DNA of 35,763 nt from Bradymonadia bacterium (GTDB lineage: Bacteria; Myxococcota_A; Bradymonadia; UBA7976; UBA1532), in NCBI GenBank assembly GCA_046290225.1, contig JBKAGE010000072.1, positions 1 through 35,763 of the forward strand, given 5' to 3'. Shown piece by piece: positions 27,995 through 35,763 of this stretch. A model generated the notes under the pieces. It made no database searches. It was not told the DNA's origin and was given only the letters and a program-made list of their open reading frames with translations. A program made the translations under genes and the position numbers. The first letter of the stretch is position 1; every line of letters starts with the position of its first letter.

Positions 27995-30900
27995 GTGAGG
28001 CGGCCCGAGGGGCGGTTCTGGCCTGATCCCCGTAAAGCGGGCCGACAGGTGAGGCGGGCTTCGGCGCGGCTCTATCAGCGCTTCAGCTTTCCGTTGATCA
28101 TGCTTGGGGCCTTCTTGGGCCTCGTGTATTGCCTGACCTACTTCCTCATCAACTCCGGCTACGCCGTCCGGGCTTTCGACGAGACCGTCAACCCCCTGTT
28201 CCGAGGGCGCATCGTCTGGGAGCGGGTCACCTGGGGGCCACTGCCCTGGCGCATTCGCGTGCTCGGCGCCCGCATCGTCGATGGAGACAACCGCACGCTC
28301 TGCTCGGCAAAAGAGGTCCGGGCCTCGGTCGATCTCAAAGCCCTGCTCGACTTCAAGATTTTCGCGAAGGACATCGAGGTCAACGACGCCGAGGTGAAGG
28401 TGGTGGTGGGGGCCGAGCCCGACCCGGTATACGGCTTCGACGTCACCACGGTGAACCTCGCACAGGTCTTCCTGCCCCCAGGGCAACCCTACGATGATGG
28501 AGAGCGTGGGGTGGTCCCTCACCTGAGGTTCACCTCGGCCACCGTCCGCAACGCCCACGTCACCGTGGACGTGGGCACTGCCTGGCTCGATCACACAGGG
28601 GTCGATGTACTTGGCGGGCGCTTCGAGCTGACCCCTGAGGGCCTGTTGAAGATGGGGGCGTATCAGATCGACGCCGAGCGGGTCGATCTGCGGGTGGCGA
28701 AGACTGAAGATCCAACGCCAGTGCACCGGCGGCCTCTCGACTCGGTCTATCGCTGGATCATCGAGCGGGTGAGCGCCCGGGGCATCGACTGGGTCGGGCT
28801 CGCCTTCGACGTCAAAGAGTTCCGGGGCCAGGTTCAGGGCGACACCGTGAAGGCCGAGGCGTTCCACATGGATCTCGACCGCCCGGGGCTGCCCTACGTC
28901 AAGGCCCGAGGCACCTTCGACACCGACGACATCTCCCGACAGATGATCACGGTGGATGCGCCCGCTTTCACGGGGCCGGTGAAGGCCCGATTCGAAGGTG
29001 AAGGCGATCTGTTCAGCGTCAAAGGCACCTTCTCCATGGAGGGCCGCCGCCTGGGCCTCGACGACTGGCAGACGGGTGCATGGGATCTCAAAGGGCGGGC
29101 CCTCAACAACACGCTCTTCTTCGATGAAGGCAACTTCGAAGCCTATGGAGGCCAGATTGGCTTCACGGGGGCTCTGATCGGCGAAGAAGGCACGATCCAC
29201 GGGCGCCTCGATGTCGACAATGTTCACCTCGAGCGCCTGCCTCAAGGGCCCGGTGAAGCCTTCGCTGGCCCTCTGAGGGGTCTCGTGGGCATTCAGCTGA
29301 GGGGGCTCTTCGACGAGCTGTGGCTCGGTGCAGACGCTCGGCTCTGGCTCGATCGCTTCACAGGGGCACCCGACATCGCGGGCCTGCCTCTGGGGCGTAA
29401 GATCTTCGCGGCCGTCTCGGCGCAGATGTTCCGCGACGAGATCACTGTCACTCAGCTCGACGTCGACAGCGCCCACGCGGATGTCTGGAGCAGCGGCACG
29501 CTCGATCTCGCGGCGAGCACCCTCGACTTCCGCGCCCGCCTCCGTAGCCCGGAGGTACGCCCGCTGGCCCTCGGGCTGGGGCTCGACGCCCGAGGCAGCC
29601 TGACCGTGAACGGCACCATCACGGGGGCCCTCGTCGATCCCACGATCTCGCTGCGGGCGAAGAGCCCGGCTCTGGATTACACGCCCACCCCCGATTTGCC
29701 CTTCAAGCGGGTAGGCCTCGACGCCCGCCTCACGTACGGGCAGGGCCTCCTCACGCTCAAAGAGGCCTCTGCGCGCCTCGCCGGCGGTCGGATCGTCGCC
29801 TCGGGTACGGTGGGTGTCGGTGACGATCGCATCCCCCTACGGCTCTCGGCGCGGCTGAAGCAGATCCGCGCTGAAGATCTCCCACTGCCATTGTCTGCCG
29901 ACGTCCGGGGCGTGCTCACGGGCAAGGTCAAGCTCACCGGCCCCGCTCGACGTCCCGCCGTCGACGGGCGCCTCGCCATCGCCCGCCCCCGCTGGAACCG
30001 GCTGGCCTTCACCGCCCTCGTGCTCGACGGCCGATACAGCGGCAACCAGGTGAAGGTGCGGGCCCTCTCGGTGGTCGATGGCCAGCGCACCCTGGTGAAG
30101 GGCTCTGGGGGTCTCGATCTCCGCAAAGAGACCTTCGATCTCGACCTGCACCTCAACGCCGCCTCTCTCGAGCTGATCAACAAGGTGGTCGACACCCCCG
30201 TGCCGATCCGGGGCACGGTGACGATGGACTTCACCGGCGGAGGCACCTTCAAAGATCCGAAGGGTGGCGGCACGCTGGTGCTCGAAGATGTGGTGTATGG
30301 CGTGCCGCCCGAGCAGGACGCCTTCGAACTCGAGTGGAGCGCCGAGCTCAACGTCACCGCGGACAACCGCCAGCTCACCCTCGACGGCAGCCTGTCGGAA
30401 GGCATCGAGCTCCGCGCCGATGTGCCTCTCTACCCCGATGGCCCCCCGACGACGGCCGAGATCACCTTCGACGAGCTGTCCCCGGATGATCCGCTGTTGC
30501 GCAACTTCATCCCGCCCCTCGACGAGGAGGTCTTCACCGAGCCCCCAGTGCTCACGGGCCGCATCAACGCCACCGGCGACGCGTGGTCCGGGGCGCTCTA
30601 CGAGGCCGACCTCACCCTCGACACGCTGCGCACGAGCATCCAGGACCAGGTCTTCGAGTCGGAGAAGGCCGTGCAGCTGGTGTATCGGGACAACCAGATC
30701 AAGGTGAAGCGTTTGTCCCTCGTCGCCGCGGGGCAGCGCCTGGAGATCAGCGGCGGCGCTGATCTCGACGGGTTCCTCGATTTGCAACTCACCGGCGAGG
30801 TCGATCTCGAGCAGCTGCACATCTTTCTGCTCGACACCTTCAACAGCATGCGCGGCCTCGCCTGGCTCGACCTGCGCATCACCGGGCCCTTCGAAGATCC

Positions 30901-32284
30901 CATGCCCTCGGGGGTGCTCACCCTCACCGACGCCTATCTGACGCCAAAGCGCTCACTCATTGCCCGGGAGATCGAGCTGCTGCAGCCTGTGGACGTCACC
31001 GTCGCCGGGCTGTTCGGCCCGAACCCCACGCCGGGCAACTTCGCCATCACCCTGCCCGACCGCCGGGTGGCAGTGGATCCTGGGGCTGGGGAAGAGCGGC
31101 CCCTCAACCGGGTGGTCATGCGCCGCGACGATGGCGAAGTCTATGTGAAGGGCATCGAGCTGGTCTTTGCCAATTACGCGCCGCAGTCGCTGGTGATCAA
31201 AGCCGACGGCGACAACCTCACCTTCAACGTGCCTGACACGACCCGAGGCACGACCAATGTCGCCGATCTGCAGTTCGAACTCATCGACATGGATCGCCCC
31301 CAGCTGACCCGTATGACCCTCGCTGGCGACTTCTACCTGGTTCGGGCCGAGTACGTCGCCGACGTGTACTCCACCTCGGAGATCAGCCAGGGCGTCACCG
31401 ACAACCTCTTCGGCCGTGCTCGGCGACGCTCCGTGAGCGCTTTCGAGCGGATCCCCCTGCTCAAGCGCATGGAGGTCGATCTGCTCATCAACGGCGACAA
31501 CGACATCTTCGTGCGCAATCAGGTGGCCACCTTGGCCCTGGACATGGAGATCCAGCCCGTCGACGTGCACCTCACGGGGAACCTGTTCTCCGATCTCAAC
31601 ATCGACGGCCAGGTGCTGGTGATCACCGACGACTCGACGATCACCTTCAGCGGCCGGGCCTTCGAAGTCATCGAGGGGCTGGTGAACTTCGACGGCGACA
31701 ACTTCCTTGAGACCAACATGCGCGCGCAACGGAACTTCGAGTTCCGCGAGAGCAGCTTCCAGAACGTGGGCAGTATTCTGGGCCCCGCCGGCGGCGAGCT
31801 CGATGAAGAGCTGGTGACCTTGATCTTCAGCCTAGTGATGCCCACCCCGAGCAGCGACTTCAAACCAGACATCAAATTCGAGAGCAGCAGCGGCGCGCCG
31901 CAGATCGACGTGCTCAGCCTGGTGCTCACAGGGCGCCGCATCGCTGATCTCAACGCCGACGCAGCAGCTCAGCCAGCCCTCGAGGTGGCCCTGAGCCCGC
32001 TGCTGAGCTACTTCGAGCGACCCCTCGAAGAGACCCTCGAGCTCGATCTGAGCGTGGTGCCTCAGACCACGGGCACGGTGGAGGTGGATGTAGACAAGAA
32101 GCTTGGTCAGCGCGTGCGCCTCTTCACCCGTGCCCAGGTGGGCAACGATGATGTGGGCAACCAGCTGATCCTCGGCGCGGAGTATCAGCTGAACAATGTG
32201 ACCTTCGGGGAGTTGACCAATGCCCGCATCGGGCTGCAGAACTCCACCACCGCCCGGTTGAGGTTCAGGTGGACTCTGGATTGA
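27995..32284 (+). CDS. TamB/AsmA-like translocation-and-assembly-module protein (N-terminal TM anchor, long beta-rich periplasmic body, DUF490-like C-terminus).
   Basis: 1429 aa. TM FPLIMLGAFLGLVYCLTYFLI. Repetitive amphipathic beta-strand composition. C-terminal ...ARLRFRWTLD. GTG start; the true start could be a little downstream. Confidence 0.65.
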   Translation: MRRPEGRFWPDPRKAGRQVRRASARLYQRFSFPLIMLGAFLGLVYCLTYFLINSGYAVRAFDETVNPLFRGRIVWERVTWGPLPWRIRVLGARIVDGDNRTLCSAKEVRASVDLKALLDFKIFAKDIEVNDAEVKVVVGAEPDPVYGFDVTTVNLAQVFLPPGQPYDDGERGVVPHLRFTSATVRNAHVTVDVGTAWLDHTGVDVLGGRFELTPEGLLKMGAYQIDAERVDLRVAKTEDPTPVHRRPLDSVYRWIIERVSARGIDWVGLAFDVKEFRGQVQGDTVKAEAFHMDLDRPGLPYVKARGTFDTDDISRQMITVDAPAFTGPVKARFEGEGDLFSVKGTFSMEGRRLGLDDWQTGAWDLKGRALNNTLFFDEGNFEAYGGQIGFTGALIGEEGTIHGRLDVDNVHLERLPQGPGEAFAGPLRGLVGIQLRGLFDELWLGADARLWLDRFTGAPDIAGLPLGRKIFAAVSAQMFRDEITVTQLDVDSAHADVWSSGTLDLAASTLDFRARLRSPEVRPLALGLGLDARGSLTVNGTITGALVDPTISLRAKSPALDYTPTPDLPFKRVGLDARLTYGQGLLTLKEASARLAGGRIVASGTVGVGDDRIPLRLSARLKQIRAEDLPLPLSADVRGVLTGKVKLTGPARRPAVDGRLAIARPRWNRLAFTALVLDGRYSGNQVKVRALSVVDGQRTLVKGSGGLDLRKETFDLDLHLNAASLELINKVVDTPVPIRGTVTMDFTGGGTFKDPKGGGTLVLEDVVYGVPPEQDAFELEWSAELNVTADNRQLTLDGSLSEGIELRADVPLYPDGPPTTAEITFDELSPDDPLLRNFIPPLDEEVFTEPPVLTGRINATGDAWSGALYEADLTLDTLRTSIQDQVFESEKAVQLVYRDNQIKVKRLSLVAAGQRLEISGGADLDGFLDLQLTGEVDLEQLHIFLLDTFNSMRGLAWLDLRITGPFEDPMPSGVLTLTDAYLTPKRSLIAREIELLQPVDVTVAGLFGPNPTPGNFAITLPDRRVAVDPGAGEERPLNRVVMRRDDGEVYVKGIELVFANYAPQSLVIKADGDNLTFNVPDTTRGTTNVADLQFELIDMDRPQLTRMTLAGDFYLVRAEYVADVYSTSEISQGVTDNLFGRARRRSVSAFERIPLLKRMEVDLLINGDNDIFVRNQVATLALDMEIQPVDVHLTGNLFSDLNIDGQVLVITDDSTITFSGRAFEVIEGLVNFDGDNFLETNMRAQRNFEFRESSFQNVGSILGPAGGELDEELVTLIFSLVMPTPSSDFKPDIKFESSSGAPQIDVLSLVLTGRRIADLNADAAAQPALEVALSPLLSYFERPLEETLELDLSVVPQTTGTVEVDVDKKLGQRVRLFTRAQVGNDDVGNQLILGAEYQLNNVTFGELTNARIGLQNSTTARLRFRWTLD

Positions 32285-35200
32285 TCATCACCCCCCAGCT
32301 TTGGAGACGCCTGCAGTGGATCACGTGTCTGCTCGGCGTGCTGTGGGGCGGGCCCGTGTGGGCGCAGATCGACACCACCGGTGCAGAGGCCGAGGCCCGC
32401 AGCTGCGAAATCGGCAAGATCTCCAAGATCGGCGAGGGGCTCACCAGCAGCCTGAGCCGCAGGAACGAAGACGGCATCAAAGCAGATCGCGCCCGCATCA
32501 TCGCCGAGGGGCTGCCCTTCGAGGGCGTCGAGATCGCGTCGATCTCACTGGGCTGCGACAGCCCCGAGTGCGACGAGCCCCGCACATATGACGCACTGTA
32601 CCGCATGACCCGCCTGCGCCGCGGTGAGCCGCTCACGGCGGAGCAGCTGGCCAACGCCTGGACGAGCCTGATTCGCCTGTTCAAAGAAGTGCGCATCGTC
32701 TTGAGCTGTCGGCCACCGGCGAACGGGAGCCGCCAGGGGGTGGTGGAGGTGCAGTTCCTCACCATCGGGCACCACATCATCGAGAAGCTCGACATCCGCT
32801 ACAGCGATCTGCTCAGCCGCCTGTACCCCCGCGTCTTCAGCCGGGACATCCGCAAGCGCATCCGCTTCAAGCGTGGGGGTGTGTGGCCCGAAGGCAACGC
32901 CGAGCGCATCGATCGCGAGCGCCGCAAGATCCTCGATTACTACGAGCGCCTGGGCTACCAGGGCACCAAGGTGAACTTCGACGTCGAATACACCGGGCCC
33001 TACAAGAAGCGGGTGAACCTCACGGTGGAGATCACCGAGGGCACTCAGCCCTGGCTCGGCGAGGTGCTGCTCAAGGGCAACGAGGCCATGAGCTACGCCG
33101 ATGTGGTGAGCCAGCTCTCCACCGGTGAGGTGGCCGACTTCTGGCGCCCGCTCTTCGGCGCCTTCGGCATCGGAAAGCTCGAGAAGCGCGTGCTCCGGCA
33201 AGAGCTCACCGCCGTCGAGAAGAACTACCGCGAGGAGGGCTGGCTCACCGCCCGCGTGCGTCTGGTGGATCTCATCGAGGGCGATGGTGAGGTGCAGCCC
33301 CTCGTGCAGGTGTACGAGGGCCCCCGAGTGCAGGTGCGCTTTGAGGGCAACGAGAAGATCTCCGACGAGTCCCTCGCCGCGCTGCTCACCTTCGTGGAGA
33401 CCGGCAGCATCGACGAGACCGAGCTCGAGGGGAGCCGGGAGTCGATCCGCGAGGCCTATGAGGCCATCGGCCACTATTTCGTGGAGATCGACATCGATCC
33501 ACCGGTGCGCACCACCGACAGCAAAGGCAACGAGGTCCTGCGCATCGTCTTCAACATCGACGAGCGGCGGCAGGTCTACATCCGACGCATCAACATCAAG
33601 GGCAACCGGGGGATCTCCACGGAGAAGATCAAAGAGGTGATGGGCACCAAGGGCCTCGGTGGCAGCGGCGTGGTGACGCTGTTCAGCTCCGACTCGATCT
33701 TGCAGGACGCCCGCATCATCAACGATCTCACGGCGATCCGTGACATGTACGAGCAGCAGGGCTATCAGGCCACCAGCTTCAGATGCCAGGCCCCCGTGGA
33801 GAAAGAGGACTACTGGATCGTCCGTCGTCTGCAAGAAGACCGAAACCCCGAGGGACCTTTCGAAAGCGGCCGCTTCGACATCTGGACCCGCTCCCCCTCG
33901 GTGACCCAGTGCTATGTGGTGGAGCCCACCCTCGATCCCCGCCTCGTGGACGTGACCCTCGAACTGCACGAGGGGGCCCGGACCACCACGGAGCGCCTCG
34001 ACGTGGATCGATTCCTCAAGTGGATGAACGAGGAGTGGCGCGATCGACTCTACGACACCCTCGTGGGCCAGGGCTTCATGGACGATCGCCGGCGCTGGCG
34101 GACGGCGGGCTTCAACGGCAGCAAGCTCCAAGACGTGGAAGGCATCATCCTCAACTGGCTGCACCACGAGGGGTACCGCGACGCCCAGGTCATCGCCCGC
34201 TGCGGCTACGAGTCGGCCCCTGGGGTCTCGTGTCGCAACGAGCTGCCCTACGGCGCCGCCCTCGACACCATCTACTTCGAGGTCTACCGCGGCCCTCGAC
34301 TGATCACCGATGGCATGATGGTCTGGGGCAACACCGAGACGGAGCAGGACGCCATCCGCGCAGAGCTGCGCATGAAGGATCGCGCCCCGCTCTCAACCGA
34401 CGATCTCTTCGTGAGCGAGTCGAACCTGCGGCGACTGGGCATCTTCAACTCGGTGAAGATCGAGACGATCCAGGGCACCATCGAGAACTCGAACCAGCTG
34501 ACTCTGCAACAGGCTGATCCGAGCCAGGACAACTCGAAAGAAAGCCTCACCACGGTGCTGGTCACCGTGGAAGAGTCGGACACGGTGCTCTTCGAAAGCT
34601 CAGTCGGTGCCCAGGTGAGCAACGCCGCGGCCCTGGACGCCACCGACATCCCGGTGCTCTACATCCTCGGCCTGGGTCTGCGTGATCAGAACTTCCTCGG
34701 CAAGGCGCTGCAGCTCGGTGGCGCCGCAGAGCACGCCAACCGCATCACCCGCCCCACGGACATCGAAGGCGACGACGCCCTCTGGCTCGGTCGCATCTTC
34801 CTCACCGATCGCTCGGTGGCGGGCACTCAGCTCGACTTCAGCCAGGAGCTGACCTACTCCCGCAGCCGCACGGCCCAACAGGATCGATATGTGGAGCAGT
34901 ACGCCCTGACCTCCACCCTGGGCTACGAGTTCTACAACCTGTCGTACCCCGAGCTGTGGGGCCGCGGGCTCCGAGCCACGCTCTCCGTCGAGGCGAGCCG
35001 CGAGCGTCGCCGACGCCTCACCACCGCTGACGAGCGCCCGCCCTTTCAAGATCCGGTGACCTCGGTCACCGTGGGGCCCACGATTCGCTGGGACAAGCGG
35101 GACAGCCCCCTACACCCCACTCGGGGGTTCCTACTGGAGCTGTCGGCCACTGCGGTGTTTCAGGGTGATCTCACCGACACGGTGCTCACGGTGCCGGCCT

Positions 35201-35742
35201 TCAAAGAGACGATCTTCGGTCAGGTGGTGATGCCCTTCTTCGACCGCCGCCTGTTGATCGTACCCACGCTGAGCTTCGGCGCCGCCCAGACCGATCTCGG
35301 CGATGACGATCTGCCCGTGGACTTCTTGTTCAAGGCCGGTGGCGATGTGGTGGTGGCCCACCCGACCCGCGGTTACGAGCCTGCCTCCATCGATAAATGT
35401 GGTGCAGATCCAGCCTGCTTCGCCCCTGACACGGCGGACACGACTGAGCTCGATCCCATCAAAGTGGGTGGCAACGCCCTGGCCCTGGGATCTCTGGAGG
35501 CCCGGTTCCCCACCTTCGTCATGGATGATCTCTGGGGTGGGGTCTTCCTCGACGCCGCGGCGGTCTCCGGTACCTGGGGCGAGATGTCTTCAGATGACAT
35601 CTACCCCAGCGTGGGCACGGGCCTGCGCTACCTCGTCGCCGGGCAGATCCCTGTACGCCTCGACGTGGGCTTCCCGCTGCGCACACCGAACTTCGGCAGC
35701 CGCGGGGCGCAGTTCACGTTCAACATCTTCTACACGCCGTAG
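32269..35742 (+). CDS. Omp85-family outer-membrane protein (TamA/BamA-like) with POTRA repeats and a C-terminal 16-strand-barrel-like region. At 1157 aa it is unusually large.
   Basis: Signal peptide ...VLWGGPVWAQ. POTRA-like blocks (YxxxGYxxxxV..). C-terminal alternating aromatic pattern ending in FTFNIFYTP. 16-nt overlap with the TamB-like gene. Confidence 0.7.
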   Translation: MDSGLIITPQLWRRLQWITCLLGVLWGGPVWAQIDTTGAEAEARSCEIGKISKIGEGLTSSLSRRNEDGIKADRARIIAEGLPFEGVEIASISLGCDSPECDEPRTYDALYRMTRLRRGEPLTAEQLANAWTSLIRLFKEVRIVLSCRPPANGSRQGVVEVQFLTIGHHIIEKLDIRYSDLLSRLYPRVFSRDIRKRIRFKRGGVWPEGNAERIDRERRKILDYYERLGYQGTKVNFDVEYTGPYKKRVNLTVEITEGTQPWLGEVLLKGNEAMSYADVVSQLSTGEVADFWRPLFGAFGIGKLEKRVLRQELTAVEKNYREEGWLTARVRLVDLIEGDGEVQPLVQVYEGPRVQVRFEGNEKISDESLAALLTFVETGSIDETELEGSRESIREAYEAIGHYFVEIDIDPPVRTTDSKGNEVLRIVFNIDERRQVYIRRINIKGNRGISTEKIKEVMGTKGLGGSGVVTLFSSDSILQDARIINDLTAIRDMYEQQGYQATSFRCQAPVEKEDYWIVRRLQEDRNPEGPFESGRFDIWTRSPSVTQCYVVEPTLDPRLVDVTLELHEGARTTTERLDVDRFLKWMNEEWRDRLYDTLVGQGFMDDRRRWRTAGFNGSKLQDVEGIILNWLHHEGYRDAQVIARCGYESAPGVSCRNELPYGAALDTIYFEVYRGPRLITDGMMVWGNTETEQDAIRAELRMKDRAPLSTDDLFVSESNLRRLGIFNSVKIETIQGTIENSNQLTLQQADPSQDNSKESLTTVLVTVEESDTVLFESSVGAQVSNAAALDATDIPVLYILGLGLRDQNFLGKALQLGGAAEHANRITRPTDIEGDDALWLGRIFLTDRSVAGTQLDFSQELTYSRSRTAQQDRYVEQYALTSTLGYEFYNLSYPELWGRGLRATLSVEASRERRRRLTTADERPPFQDPVTSVTVGPTIRWDKRDSPLHPTRGFLLELSATAVFQGDLTDTVLTVPAFKETIFGQVVMPFFDRRLLIVPTLSFGAAQTDLGDDDLPVDFLFKAGGDVVVAHPTRGYEPASIDKCGADPACFAPDTADTTELDPIKVGGNALALGSLEARFPTFVMDDLWGGVFLDAAAVSGTWGEMSSDDIYPSVGTGLRYLVAGQIPVRLDVGFPLRTPNFGSRGAQFTFNIFYTP

Positions 35743-35763
35743 TCGGGCCTGGCGGCCAGCAGG

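Noticed and set aside
27917-34167. ORFs 27917..29476 (-), 29837..30820 (-), 30953..31729 (-) and 32545..34167 (-)
   Set aside because: They are antisense to the TamB-like and Omp85 genes.

Overview
The window is high-GC (about 68-70% by eye) and densely coding. The gene content looks like a Myxococcota (delta-proteobacterial) chromosome segment: eukaryotic-like Ser/Thr kinases, a PEGA-like domain, CNGIDDDCDG Cys-rich repeats and a DUF1592/DUF1552 pair. I cannot confirm the taxon without a database search. Many long ORFs in the six-frame track are antisense artefacts of the GC bias and are rejected below.

Genes called from motifs read directly in the translations:
- Minus-strand cluster 151-9878: outer-membrane protein, GH15-like lipoprotein with a carbohydrate-binding-like tail, Cys-rich repeat lipoprotein, two Hanks-type Ser/Thr kinases (one with a zinc-ribbon N-terminus, one with a long coiled-coil tail) and a TPR/PEGA-like secreted protein. 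The last three are linked by 4-nt ATGA overlaps.
- Plus-strand set 9939-14171: membrane protein, MacB/LolD-type ABC ATPase, FtsX-type permease and a ZnuA/TroA-like metal-binding protein.
- 14122-15021 (minus strand): a PP2C-fold protein whose canonical metal-binding Asp motifs are all substituted (pseudophosphatase candidate).
- 15480-18640 (plus strand): a DUF1592-family lipoprotein with a CXXCH motif paired with a TAT-signal DUF1552 protein.
- 18975-20588: lipocalin (Blc-like), a MauE/DoxX-like membrane protein, and a low-GC islet with a SUKH-like small protein.
- 20903-25261 (minus strand): a 4-nt-overlap operon of an unclassified radical-SAM enzyme, a DUF547 lipoprotein and a secreted protein, with an adenosine-deaminase-family gene upstream.
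- 25689-27376 (plus strand): dapA-dapB, followed by a TamB-like giant protein and a very large Omp85 (TamA/BamA-like) protein.

The most unusual non-coding feature is a 297-bp element at 18642-18938. It is bounded by perfect 63-bp inverted repeats, each carrying five tandem GGGCAC hexamers (G-quadruplex-capable), with a solo partial copy at 83-120. Every copy sits just downstream of a stop codon with the G-rich strand on the transcript.

Nothing here can be named as a known defence or secretion system with confidence. The radical-SAM/DUF547 operon, the hexamer-repeat element, the kinase-centred envelope cluster, the PP2C pseudophosphatase candidate and the FtsX-ABC/ZnuA pairing are the best candidates for undescribed biology.
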